Below are positions 46,256 through 56,259 of a stretch of DNA of 64,000 nt, piece by piece; the stretch's first letter is position 1; each line of letters starts with the position of its first letter. The notes beneath the pieces are model-generated. The model saw nothing but the letters and a program-made list of their open reading frames with translations. It made no database searches and was not told the origin of the DNA. The DNA is taken from IMG/VR virus record IMGVR_UViG_3300025645_004731, positions 1-64,000 of that record; one strand, given 5' to 3'. This stretch comes from a virus. Both the position numbers and the translations under genes were made by a program.

Positions 46256-49200
46256 TTCTTTCCTCCAGGAATGTATTGTTGTGATCTTTTTAGTTGTAGT
46301 GGGTCGTATACTTGTATTGCCTTAAAGTCTAAATTCTTTTTGGCTGCAGAGCCAATTCCAGCAAGTGCTCCCATACCAATCGCTTTTGCGATATTCTTCG
46401 TAGTGTTGCTTTTCGTATCGGTTTTCGTATCTGGCGTTATTTGTACCCGGGACTGAGTAGTAGCAACAGGAGCAGTTTGTGTAACTGTTTTACTTATGTC
46501 ATTTAATGCAGTAGTGTCTGTCTGGCTAGGAGGAATAACAGGCTGAGACATTGCCGTATCTTCCGCATCTAACTCTTTTTGTAACTCTGCTTGAGCCTGA
46601 GCATCTGCTTTAGCTTTTGCTGTATCTGATACCGTTTTAGCTTTTCTGGCAGCTACTTCCGCATTACCATCCGCATTACCACGACCTTGTGTGGACACTG
46701 CTGGAGTAGAAATCGCGGTATCAATCGATGGCGCCGATACATCTAACTCTGGCGCACCTAACTTTGATGGAGATGTGATATTAATGTTAGGATCTATCTC
46801 GGAGGTTGATGGTGTACTAGCATCTGTTGGCAGTTCTGGTGTCTGTAGCTCGGGCGATTTAGTATCAATATCGGTCCGAGTGCCTACATCTGGCGCGGTA
46901 AATTCTGTATCTGTCTTTGGAACAGATAGTTGTTCAGGTCCATCAGTAGTATTCGTGGTGTCGTTGAATGGATTAAATGACTGCCCCGATGTGTCGTCAG
47001 CTTCTGGAGCTGTCGGCTCTTCTATGCGTGTTGTTGTTTCTGGCTCTGGTGCTGTTCGTGTGATACTATCAGAAGGTTCGCCTTCTATTTCGATCTTCTG
47101 TGGACCATCAGGAGTCTTAATCGTAACAACACCATCCTCGAATCCGTTATACTCGCCATCCAATGTAATACCAGTGGTGGCATCTGTGTATGTGATTTTT
47201 GCTCCGTCTTCGAGGTCAGACATAACAACAGGACCTTTTTCGAGCGGCGCAGGCTCAGGAGTAAACTCTTGCTCTGGATCTAGGTCTACTTGCGGTCCAT
47301 CAGCAGGAGTTTTATCAATTTCGCTGTCGACCTCACTACCAGTTACATCAGAAGTTTCGTCGTCTGCTGATGGTTCAGTCAGTGTAGGAGTCCCTCCATC
47401 AAACTCTGGCGGTCTGCCGTCTGGGCTGTCAAATTCTGTATCTAATTCTGGTGCTACTAATTCTGGACCAGTGGCACTGGCTGTGGTATCGGCGAAGGGT
47501 CCATCTTTCATGCCAGATGTGTCGTCGACCTCAGGAGTTGTTGGCTGAGATGTACTCGCCTGCGCTTCTGTATCTTCGGGAGACGTTATCTCAATACTGT
47601 CAGATGGATCACCCTCTACTTCGATTGTCTGTAGACCATCTGGAGTTTCAATAGTAAGAACACCGTCCTCGAATCCGCTGTATTCGCCATCTAATGCAAT
47701 ACCAGTAGTCGGATCTGTGTATGTGATTTTTGCTCCGTCTTCGAGGTCAGACATAACATCAGGACCTTTTTCTAGAGGACCGGGTTCTGGAGTAAACTCT
47801 TGTTCTGGATCTAGGTCTACTTGCGGTCCATCAGCAGAAGTTTTATCAATTTCGCCGTCAACCTCACTACCAGTTACACCAGAAGTTTCATCGTCAACCG
47901 CTGGACTGACTGGTTGGTCTGTGTCTGTAGATACTGTAGGAGACTCATCGCCGGGCGGAGTATTCGCTGCTGGAGGTGTCCAGTCGCCGGTATCGGTATC
48001 TGTATTATCGCCATCATCTACGCTTCCGTCTGGCATTGGCACGACAGGAGCTAATGTTCTCTCTTTAGTTGTGCCATCCTTATTCGGAGTGACTAAAGTT
48101 CCCTGTGAGGTTGGATCAATATTCTCATCTTGCCACTGTGACGTTAGGGCATCATGATTTTGATGTCCTGTACTACCAAGGGATCCATCTTCTTTAACCG
48201 GCGCCCACATTTGTCCCTGAAATTTGTACTCTTGACCATTAAAAGTAGTAGTGGAATCTTTAGGTGGTTTGCCGCTTAGGACAGGTGACGGAACTACGAT
48301 ATCTTCTTGTTGTAAGTCTGCTTCTACTTCTGATAAATTATCGTCATTGATATTTTCAACACCATTTGGTAGAATTTCACTAATAATGCCATCATACTGA
48401 GCATTTAGATTTTTCAGATATGCTTCTGCTTCACGAGCAGACATAGTGCCACTAGCGATTAGCTGTTTTGATAGCGCAACGGCACTATCTTTATTTGGTA
48501 CTACCGGCGGAGTGACGGTTTTGACTGTATCTCTATCTCTGGCATCTAGTTCAATATTACCATCGCCTCTGCCACTGCCAACAACTGGCTGAGTGATCTT
48601 AGCAACACCACTCTTGTTATGAGTGTCGCCGTACTCATGTTCCCAGAACGCTTGATCACCAATTAGATTATCTTTTAATATCTGCTGTTCTCTTGTCTGA
48701 GCACTAACTGCCGCCCTTGCTCCTGTAAAGTTATACGGATCACCGGGGGTATCTTCGCTTGGTCTTGCTCCGTTGGCACCATCTATGCTATCATCAGGTC
48801 CCAGTGGCTGTCCATCTGGATCTTTAGGACTACCATCTGGATTATGCGTGTCGCTGAACTTCGCATCCCATGATTTTTGGTCAGTCTCAAGCTGGTTTCT
48901 GGCTTGAGTCATTCCCATGCTGAAGTCTATTTGCTGTTGTAGCATTGCTAATTCTTGAGTAGTGCCGGTATTATCCGCAGTCGGAAACGCATCTGTGTTA
49001 TCTACGAGATTTGCGATATTGTCCGGAATACTGTCATTGTTTTGTCTGCTGCTAAAAAGTACTTGATCTCTGGACCACGTCTGGTTTCCTCTATCAGCGT
49101 CATTAATGAATTTAATTTGTCCTGTGCTGATATACTCTTGCTGCTGTCTTGCGTTGAGATCAGTCCATACCGGAGCTTCTAAATTGCTTTTGCCCGTAAT

Positions 49201-51054
49201 ACGAGCATCGAATTTTCTAACATCTTCTAGACTTGCCATGACATCATTAAGATCGCCCTCGCTATCAAGTCCTAGAAGAGCCGCTGTTTCTCTCAAATCT
49301 TCTTCATTTTCGAAGTTAACGATAGCCATGTTTTCGTTGGTATCAATACTAACATCGTCCATCAATTCGAGTAATCTTATTGATCTGCTATTTTTTTCTA
49401 AATCCTCTAGTGTGTATCTTACGCCATCAATCTCGACATCATCTTGTCTATAAAACCCAACTGTACTATTCATTCTTGCAAGTACTTCTGGATCAACATC
49501 GGCTGTTGTCTTTAGTCCGCGTTCTTTTACCAACTCGGCTAATCTCAGCTTTCCATTTTCGTCCACCGCATATTGTCTTAGAGTGTTTGGATCCATTTCT
49601 AGGATGTTAATCAAAGACTGTACATCTGTTTCGCCGCCCATAAAGAACTGTCGGTACATTGCTCTACCGGCTTTTTGTGCCTTATCGCCAGTGCCAATTG
49701 TATCGGCAATCATACTAGTAGCAACAGCGGCATTGCCAGCTATAATTCCGTTATACGCCGCATTGAATACACCTTCGCCCGCTGTTGTTATTTCTCCAGC
49801 TGCGTTCATAACTCCTAAGTTGGTAAGTAACTGTTCCACCCCTTCACTCACACCTTCAGCAGCAAGACCGGTTAACTTTTTTCCTGTGTATGTGACTGGC
49901 GATATTACGGCTTTTAATAATGCCGCGCCAAGATTTCTCGGCCTGATAGGACTTTTGCCATATAGTATCTTATTCTGGACAGTATCCAGAACGCCACCTG
50001 ACGCAGCCACCATGTAGAATGCGTTGCTTATTGCGCTGTGTGTGATTTGTTCTCTTGCTAAATTCTCTGCTGCGCTTTCTAAATCTTCTGCGCTACCGGT
50101 AAACCCATCACCATCATTAGTCAACTGTGTTCGTGCTGCTTCTAGGGCAATTGCCCATTGTGGCTGCTGTTGTAGCCTTCCATCATCATACGCAGAATCA
50201 ATACTTTTTTGAATTTCCGCGGCTGCTGCGCCGCCTGCTTCCATACCATTTAGCGCAGTACTAGCTGCTGCTCCGGCAATTGGAGATAGCATTGTCATAA
50301 GTGCGACATCTACGATTTCACTGGGCAGTTCTTCGGCCATTATGCCAAAGACGCCTTCCCAATTAGCACCGCTCATGCCTGTCATTAATAATGCCAGATC
50401 ACCTAAATTATTCACTGCTCCAGCTGTTGAGTCTACGCTATCTCGGAATTTTTGATCTGTTCTATCTTTTAAGAAACTTTCGAAGTCATCCATCCACATG
50501 TCATCGTACACACGCTTGCCAGTTTCTGGATCAATACTGCTTGATGCTAATGTTGCTGGTAGAAAAATAGGCTCAACTGCGCCATTGGTGACAAAACCCA
50601 GAACATCATCTGCTACCTTGGCTGTGCCTTTGGTAACAGCGCTTGCCTGCTGAACTATACCACCAGCAGCGGTCCATGCTAAATTTTCTAATGCGCCATT
50701 TGTATCATATGGCTTGACTTCTCCATTTTCGTCTAGGAGTAACCCTGGCATACGACCGCCATCAATCCACTTTTGTTGTGCTGCTGCCGTAGCCGCTGGA
50801 ACCTGACCTTCGCCTTCTCCTATCTCCATCACTCTTGGCTCAAACCATCCTTCTGGCTGAGTAAGTCTGTCTCCTGGCCCTTCTACCTGAGGGAATGGCT
50901 GACCAATCATCAGATATACATCGGCAGGAGACATAGTGATAGTTCTCGGAGCAACCGATGACTCGTTATCCGCAGAAGGCTCAGCTTCGAAAACCAATTC
51001 TGTTTCGAAGTCTTTACTTTCAGTAAGTTGATTTATAAAATCAGTAAATTTCAC
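46252..51054 (-). CDS. Very large acidic protein, probably internal/ejected virion protein
   Basis: About 1600 aa; likely GTG start 51054 (GAGG RBS) giving MKFTDFINQLTE; Gly/Ala-rich hydrophobic segments; tandem repeat. Confidence 0.8.
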   Translation of the reverse strand: MKFTDFINQLTESKDFETELVFEAEPSADNESSVAPRTITMSPADVYLMIGQPFPQVEGPGDRLTQPEGWFEPRVMEIGEGEGQVPAATAAAQQKWIDGGRMPGLLLDENGEVKPYDTNGALENLAWTAAGGIVQQASAVTKGTAKVADDVLGFVTNGAVEPIFLPATLASSSIDPETGKRVYDDMWMDDFESFLKDRTDQKFRDSVDSTAGAVNNLGDLALLMTGMSGANWEGVFGIMAEELPSEIVDVALMTMLSPIAGAAASTALNGMEAGGAAAAEIQKSIDSAYDDGRLQQQPQWAIALEAARTQLTNDGDGFTGSAEDLESAAENLAREQITHSAISNAFYMVAASGGVLDTVQNKILYGKSPIRPRNLGAALLKAVISPVTYTGKKLTGLAAEGVSEGVEQLLTNLGVMNAAGEITTAGEGVFNAAYNGIIAGNAAVATSMIADTIGTGDKAQKAGRAMYRQFFMGGETDVQSLINILEMDPNTLRQYAVDENGKLRLAELVKERGLKTTADVDPEVLARMNSTVGFYRQDDVEIDGVRYTLEDLEKNSRSIRLLELMDDVSIDTNENMAIVNFENEEDLRETAALLGLDSEGDLNDVMASLEDVRKFDARITGKSNLEAPVWTDLNARQQQEYISTGQIKFINDADRGNQTWSRDQVLFSSRQNNDSIPDNIANLVDNTDAFPTADNTGTTQELAMLQQQIDFSMGMTQARNQLETDQKSWDAKFSDTHNPDGSPKDPDGQPLGPDDSIDGANGARPSEDTPGDPYNFTGARAAVSAQTREQQILKDNLIGDQAFWEHEYGDTHNKSGVAKITQPVVGSGRGDGNIELDARDRDTVKTVTPPVVPNKDSAVALSKQLIASGTMSAREAEAYLKNLNAQYDGIISEILPNGVENINDDNLSEVEADLQQEDIVVPSPVLSGKPPKDSTTTFNGQEYKFQGQMWAPVKEDGSLGSTGHQNHDALTSQWQDENIDPTSQGTLVTPNKDGTTKERTLAPVVPMPDGSVDDGDNTDTDTGDWTPPAANTPPGDESPTVSTDTDQPVSPAVDDETSGVTGSEVDGEIDKTSADGPQVDLDPEQEFTPEPGPLEKGPDVMSDLEDGAKITYTDPTTGIALDGEYSGFEDGVLTIETPDGLQTIEVEGDPSDSIEITSPEDTEAQASTSQPTTPEVDDTSGMKDGPFADTTASATGPELVAPELDTEFDSPDGRPPEFDGGTPTLTEPSADDETSDVTGSEVDSEIDKTPADGPQVDLDPEQEFTPEPAPLEKGPVVMSDLEDGAKITYTDATTGITLDGEYNGFEDGVVTIKTPDGPQKIEIEGEPSDSITRTAPEPETTTRIEEPTAPEADDTSGQSFNPFNDTTNTTDGPEQLSVPKTDTEFTAPDVGTRTDIDTKSPELQTPELPTDASTPSTSEIDPNINITSPSKLGAPELDVSAPSIDTAISTPAVSTQGRGNADGNAEVAARKAKTVSDTAKAKADAQAQAELQKELDAEDTAMSQPVIPPSQTDTTALNDISKTVTQTAPVATTQSRVQITPDTKTDTKSNTTKNIAKAIGMGALAGIGSAAKKNLDFKAIQVYDPLQLKRSQQYIPGGKK
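46900..47895 (-). repeat. Two tandem copies of a 177-codon (531-nt) unit
   Basis: DDETS.VTGSEVD.EIDKT.ADGPQVDLDPEQEFTPEP.PLEKGP twice; agaagtttc at 47350 and 47881. Confidence 0.85.
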
Positions 51055-51532
51055 CAGTAGTATCCTCGCCTGGTAATGCCATTGGCAGGTCATCAACTAC
51101 GACGGTTTCTTCGCCATCAATACCGTGTGGGTTAACATCTAGGTATTCCATATAATGCTTTACGCTACCGATATAATCGCTTGCTTTTGTGATTTTACTT
51201 TGAACCCATGGCTCTAAGCTATCATTGTCACTGATCATACCGTGAAGAGCAATAGCATACTTCGCAAGTTTATACAACTCACTCTTTGCCATCCATCCAT
51301 CATCGTCGGTATCATCTAGAACACCTTCCATGATTTCACTTGTATAAACCACTGGTGTTTTGCCTTCTTTAAGTTCAGGCAGATGACGCTTGAGATAGCT
51401 TTTTGCTACATCAATATCTTCGAAAACCTTTACTTGTACTTTGTTAACATCACATACTACATAACCTTCAGCAATTTTCACAACTGATGGTCTAGTGATT
51501 TCTTTTTTAGTTTCAATTTTGTCTAATCTCAT
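51041..51532 (-). CDS. Hypothetical head-associated protein
   Basis: MRLDKIE; MAKSELY...LEPWVQSKITKASDY; ATAAATA at 51562-51568. Confidence 0.75.
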   Translation of the reverse strand: MRLDKIETKKEITRPSVVKIAEGYVVCDVNKVQVKVFEDIDVAKSYLKRHLPELKEGKTPVVYTSEIMEGVLDDTDDDGWMAKSELYKLAKYAIALHGMISDNDSLEPWVQSKITKASDYIGSVKHYMEYLDVNPHGIDGEETVVVDDLPMALPGEDTTGEIY

Positions 51533-51596
51533 GGGAGTTCTCCGGGTATGTTATATATACTTATTTATCGTTCAATTTAAGATTTGTTATTAGCGA

Positions 51597-52463
51597 TTAT
51601 TGTTCTCGGCGGCGTTGCTCTTCGTGGAACAATCCTTCGATATATTTGTAATCTTTGTCGTATAATTCAACATCTTTCCTTAGCAGAGTACACCCAAATG
51701 CCGTGGGCCACACCACGCTTATTGATAGCCAATCAGTTTTACTATACACACTGTATCGACTCCATAACCAATGCTCAAATGGAATTTCTGGATTTACTAG
51801 AAAATCACTTAATAGATGCTTGTCGGTAGATGATAACTTTATTAATTCATTATCCATATTCTTTAAGAAATTATGCATCAGGTCTGGTTTTCCAATAAAA
51901 CAAAAATCTCCGAAAAACGGCAGACCATTTTTAATTTTCAACCAAGGAGTAAAGATATTATCGCTAAACACTGAGTTTTTATACATATTATTAAACAACT
52001 GTAGCCATTGTCGTTCTGGGATATTATTAAATATGTTGTCTGTTCTTGTCTTGATAACAATGTCATATTCACTGAGTGGACCAGCCATTCTGGCGCCTCT
52101 TGCGCTAGCTAGATACATACCTGGAAAATTATACGCATAGTTATCGTAATTTTCTCCTTGATAGCATACCAGATGCCGAATGTTCTCGGATGTTAGATCC
52201 CAGTCTGTGGCATCAGCGTTTGCCTGCCTAACTTGATGTCTATGACTATGAAACGCCTCGTCGTAGTTGCCAATTTCAAACTTTACTGGATCATATGCGT
52301 TAACAATTCGGTCGGCAAGATCATCTGACCCATCGTCCCACAAATAAACATAATAATCTACTTTTAGATTACCACAGGTTTTCGGAAAAACCTTTTCTCT
52401 ATTCCAGAATCCTGACTGCTGTACGTGCCTAGCTTGTCCCGTAATTAGTACAGCTATTCTCAT
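51597..52463 (-). CDS. Hypothetical protein resembling glycan-modifying families
   Basis: RIAVLITGQAR...YDIVIKTRTD. Confidence 0.55.
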   Translation of the reverse strand: MRIAVLITGQARHVQQSGFWNREKVFPKTCGNLKVDYYVYLWDDGSDDLADRIVNAYDPVKFEIGNYDEAFHSHRHQVRQANADATDWDLTSENIRHLVCYQGENYDNYAYNFPGMYLASARGARMAGPLSEYDIVIKTRTDNIFNNIPERQWLQLFNNMYKNSVFSDNIFTPWLKIKNGLPFFGDFCFIGKPDLMHNFLKNMDNELIKLSSTDKHLLSDFLVNPEIPFEHWLWSRYSVYSKTDWLSISVVWPTAFGCTLLRKDVELYDKDYKYIEGLFHEEQRRREQ

Positions 52464-52476
52464 TTGTGCGTGCCTT

Positions 52477-53121
52477 TTATCCTATAGGTAGTTCAGTGTC
52501 TGGCGTATGAAAGTTTTTCTTACGCATTACTGTTTTTGCAACCAAGTCCAATTCTTTATTATTATTGTCCCAGTTTAACACAAACGGTACATTAACGTCA
52601 CTGCGCATGTCTTTGATAACAGCCTCGGCATCTGGACCCATCTGTGCGATTTGCTTTCCATACTTAGTATAAGCGTCTTTGAACAAAATAGCAAGCTCTT
52701 TTAACGTGATTTGTTGTTTATTTCGTGTATCATTCGCTCTGTCCAAGAAGTGCCTGGTGAACTCAACGTCCATGCCAAGATTCTTAAACAACGCATCAAG
52801 ATACTCTTCTAACTTGTTTAGCATAATCTGTGTGATTTCTTTAGCATTTGCTTCATCTTCTGTGACTGAGAATTCATCACGATACATTTTCTCTAATTCT
52901 TTTGGGTTAAATCCAAACTCACGAGAAATTTGAAATGCGTAGCCGCCAATGCCCTGTCGATTACCGTCCGAACTCACTAGATCATGTAATGATTGTAACA
53001 TACTGTTAATAAATCGCTGTTTTTGCGCAGCATTTAATTTATTAATCAGTTCATCTTTACTGATGGCTTCTGATAGTTCTGGAATATTATTTTCGATAAG
53101 TTCTGATAGTTTCATAGTCAT
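52477..53121 (-). CDS. Hypothetical head-associated protein
   Basis: MKLSELIE; VEFTRHFLDR.ND.RN...KTVMRKKNF. Confidence 0.75.
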   Translation of the reverse strand: MTMKLSELIENNIPELSEAISKDELINKLNAAQKQRFINSMLQSLHDLVSSDGNRQGIGGYAFQISREFGFNPKELEKMYRDEFSVTEDEANAKEITQIMLNKLEEYLDALFKNLGMDVEFTRHFLDRANDTRNKQQITLKELAILFKDAYTKYGKQIAQMGPDAEAVIKDMRSDVNVPFVLNWDNNNKELDLVAKTVMRKKNFHTPDTELPIG

Positions 53122-53126
53122 TGTCC

Positions 53127-53276
53127 TTAGCCGTGTTCAAATCTTGCTGCTGATTGTGGTACATTATTGATGTTCTCACAATACTGTTTCCAGTAAGCAT
53201 TTCTTTCGTTAGTACTCGCTCTGCGGTCCTCGTGCTCTTTACATTTCTTTATATAATGTACCCTATCTATTGTCAT
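53127..53276 (-). CDS. Small hypothetical protein (49 aa, not in ORF track)
   Basis: MTIDRVHYIKKCKEHEDRRASTNERNAYW...; fills the gap in the operon. Confidence 0.5.
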   Translation of the reverse strand: MTIDRVHYIKKCKEHEDRRASTNERNAYWKQYCENINNVPQSAARFEHG

Positions 53277-53475
53277 TATTTAACTCCAATATTTTGGCAA
53301 GTTCTCTGATCTTGTCACTTGCGTATGTTTCAAAGTAACGAGGAGCAAACATGTGAACAAGTATCGCTAGTTCTGCTTTTTTAAGTTCGACTAGGAACCC
53401 AAAGGCAAACTTAAAATGTTGCCACCGTGACATATTTACATCTTCCAGATGTGATTTGCATTTCTTACTGAACAT
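53263..53475 (-). CDS. Small hypothetical protein
   Basis: HL..VNMS.WQH..FA...HMFAP; TAATG coupling. Confidence 0.65.
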   Translation of the reverse strand: MFSKKCKSHLEDVNMSRWQHFKFAFGFLVELKKAELAILVHMFAPRYFETYASDKIRELAKILELNNDNR

Positions 53476-55634
53476 TATAATTCCTTCATCAACTTACTAA
53501 GACGTGGTTTGAATAATTTCTGATCGCCTTTGGTAGTCTTCAATACTGGTTGATTATGGTCATCTTTGCTAAAGCCTTTGACTTCTGCTTTACGGTTCTT
53601 AAACTTACCAACCATCACTTCGTCGCCCACACTAATCTTTGGTAGCGTTAGTGTGTCTTCTGCTTCTGCTACTGTTGATTCAGACTTGGATGCGTCAGAG
53701 TAATCAACGACCTTCTTGCCATTATTATCCCATGCGCTCATTTTCATGACTTGTTCTTTGGCATACCATTTAGGACTATATGTCTCGTGCCATTCCCAAT
53801 TTTCACTTTGTGGATCCCATTCAAACACTAACCATGCGCCTTTGTGACCGATGTCGCCAGTTTTCATATTCGTATCATAAAACTTTTCAATACGAAATTT
53901 ACGAGTAGGAAAGGCAATCTCCATCTCTCCGTCATTGCCAACTCTTTTCCATCTCGGCATTGCGTTGGTTGTTGCTTCCGCTACACTTTCATTATACTCC
54001 GCAGGTATCTCACCATTTGGTCCTAGTTTGCCGTCGTCTAGTGCGTCAAAATAACCAGCTGGGCGCTCTACTGGTTTAGGATTTACCAAGTTAAAGAATT
54101 CGGTAGTGTCGTTGCCTGTACTACTTTGCTGTAAACTCCAGCCTAGCTGACTAGCAAGTTTTTTAGCAAATCTCGAATACAGTCTTGCTCTGCCGTCACT
54201 AGCATGTTCTTCTTTATTAGCAGCAAAATCAAAAGCTTCTACATGTTCAATGCCTACTACACTGATCCACTTATTCATCATTGCAACTACAGTAGCAAAT
54301 ACTCTAAACTGGTCGCCAGCATCTGTTTTGCCCATTTCATTTCCAATTGCAAAATCAATACTAAAGTCATCATATCCACCATCAAACTCCATAACTAACT
54401 CGCCGTTTGGTGTTTGCGCTTTTGCAAAATAGGTGTTGTCCGTATTTGGGCCACTTAATTTGAATGGATAGGGATTGTCCAATGCTTCTGTAACTGTTGC
54501 TTCTTGTACTTTTTTGACCAGTGTAAAGTCATCTCTGTTGCCAGCATCTTGTACATCAACTGTATATCCTAAACCACCTGCAAAACGCTGTACTATTTTT
54601 TGATACAAGTTTGTTCTACTGTTGCCAGCATCTTTAGCGGCATCAAAGTAAATCTCTTTTGGTGAGTGATCTTGGATAAACTTCTTTAGCATTGCAAGCA
54701 CTGTAGTCATTGTGCGTTGTCCGTCGCCTTTGCCTGTTAAGTCGTATGTGGTGTTATTGGGAGTGTCTGCATTTGCTGTTTTAAAATCTATACCCCAGCC
54801 AGTGTCAACATTTGTTGCTAGGAAAGAAATAATTATGTTATTATCTGTTACTGCTTGCGCTTGCCATCTGTTATTATTGTTTTCAGTGACTTTAAACTTA
54901 TATGGATTGTCAAATGCTTCGTTAAATGCTGTAGTTGCTGCGGCGTTAGCACTTGCGCCCTTGGGGTGTTTTGGATTAATGCCAACAACTTCACCATTCA
55001 TTAGTTCACTGATATTAGCACTCTTGCTAATCTTATCTAGTAACTTATGTAGCTTGTCATCTGCGTCATATCCGTTAGTTTCGTATCCTGCTTTGCCACG
55101 AACCTCAGTACGTTTGCCAGTTACTGTATCAGTAATGTTTAACACCATCATATCAGTGTCACGCTCTAACTGTAGCTTATAACCTTCGTTGATGCCTTCG
55201 TTCGTTTGTGGGTAGCGGATCATTGTTTCTCTAAAGCGGAAGTCTTTGTTGCGACCTTTGTTTGGTACAAAACCAAAACGCTTGTAAAACTTGATTAATC
55301 TATTCTTGTTTCCACCGAATGCGTCATCTGGTGTTAGCGCAATAACTGCGCCTTCCCTATCCATTCTATCAACAATGTCTTGCATTGCTTGAGTACCCTG
55401 ACCAGCATTACGCTCATCGCCTGATACTTCAATCTTAGATAGTGTATAGCCTTTTTCAGCATCGCCATATAGTGATACTTCTACTTCTTCATTTAATGAT
55501 TCTTTCAAGTATGGTAAACTAAACCACAACTTAAACCATTCAGGAGTACCAGGCTCGACATTCTTTTCACGTTCAATATCATGAATGCGCTTGCTTGTGT
55601 AGCTGATATTTTCTGCTATTTCGTTAATCTTCAT
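53475..55634 (-). CDS. Multidomain putative internal head protein containing a GNAT domain
   Basis: MKINEIAE; RNAGQGT...LIKFYKRFGF; two A(F/L)DNPY domains; C-terminal VGDEVMVGKFKNRK module. Confidence 0.8.
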   Translation of the reverse strand: MKINEIAENISYTSKRIHDIEREKNVEPGTPEWFKLWFSLPYLKESLNEEVEVSLYGDAEKGYTLSKIEVSGDERNAGQGTQAMQDIVDRMDREGAVIALTPDDAFGGNKNRLIKFYKRFGFVPNKGRNKDFRFRETMIRYPQTNEGINEGYKLQLERDTDMMVLNITDTVTGKRTEVRGKAGYETNGYDADDKLHKLLDKISKSANISELMNGEVVGINPKHPKGASANAAATTAFNEAFDNPYKFKVTENNNNRWQAQAVTDNNIIISFLATNVDTGWGIDFKTANADTPNNTTYDLTGKGDGQRTMTTVLAMLKKFIQDHSPKEIYFDAAKDAGNSRTNLYQKIVQRFAGGLGYTVDVQDAGNRDDFTLVKKVQEATVTEALDNPYPFKLSGPNTDNTYFAKAQTPNGELVMEFDGGYDDFSIDFAIGNEMGKTDAGDQFRVFATVVAMMNKWISVVGIEHVEAFDFAANKEEHASDGRARLYSRFAKKLASQLGWSLQQSSTGNDTTEFFNLVNPKPVERPAGYFDALDDGKLGPNGEIPAEYNESVAEATTNAMPRWKRVGNDGEMEIAFPTRKFRIEKFYDTNMKTGDIGHKGAWLVFEWDPQSENWEWHETYSPKWYAKEQVMKMSAWDNNGKKVVDYSDASKSESTVAEAEDTLTLPKISVGDEVMVGKFKNRKAEVKGFSKDDHNQPVLKTTKGDQKLFKPRLSKLMKEL

Positions 55635-56251
55635 AGCTTGTTCTCCCATAATGGTCCGTTAACTACCACGTCATCCTGGCTAATCAGATGCTTCTTTATA
55701 AACGATTCTATCTCGGGTGTCAAGTGTCTCGCACGATTAACACTGTTGCTATTGAAAAATAAATGTACTTCAACCGACTCATCACCGAATGCTTTCATAA
55801 TAGCCAACATACGATTGCGTCCTTCATGTCCAGTAACTTGTGCTGGTTCATCTGTTCCATCAACTTTAATAGATAGAAACGGACTAGCAATAGATCCACC
55901 ATTTTTAATATAGTCAATCATTTCGTCTTTTGGTTCTCTGCCTAGTTTAGATGCCAACGCAATAAATGTACTGGGCTTCATCTTAACACGCATACCAAAG
56001 TAGTCTACCTGGGCGTTATTAGGTGTTGCGCCTCTGCCGTCTTTGTTATCAATGTTAACACTTTCATTCGTCATGCCTAGATTAAATGCCGTATTTGGAC
56101 TAGCACCGGGAACACCAAGTGGCTTGGGTTTGCCATTGCCACCAAAGAACTTTTTGGCTTGACGTTCTGTTTCGCCAGGCTTAACATCTACCGTGGTGTT
56201 AACGCCTTTTACAATACGCCCATCTTCATTTATGATATCAGTTATCTTCAT
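55631..56251 (-). CDS. Putative internal head protein with ParB/Srx-like motif
   Basis: MKITDIINE; PFL.I...VTGHEGRNRMLA; ATAAATA at 56257-56263. Confidence 0.65.
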   Translation of the reverse strand: MKITDIINEDGRIVKGVNTTVDVKPGETERQAKKFFGGNGKPKPLGVPGASPNTAFNLGMTNESVNIDNKDGRGATPNNAQVDYFGMRVKMKPSTFIALASKLGREPKDEMIDYIKNGGSIASPFLSIKVDGTDEPAQVTGHEGRNRMLAIMKAFGDESVEVHLFFNSNSVNRARHLTPEIESFIKKHLISQDDVVVNGPLWENKL

Positions 56252-56259
56252 AGTGATAT

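Noticed and set aside
46691-48157. Long plus-strand ORFs (285 and 146 aa)
   Set aside because: Shadow frames of the low-complexity giant protein.
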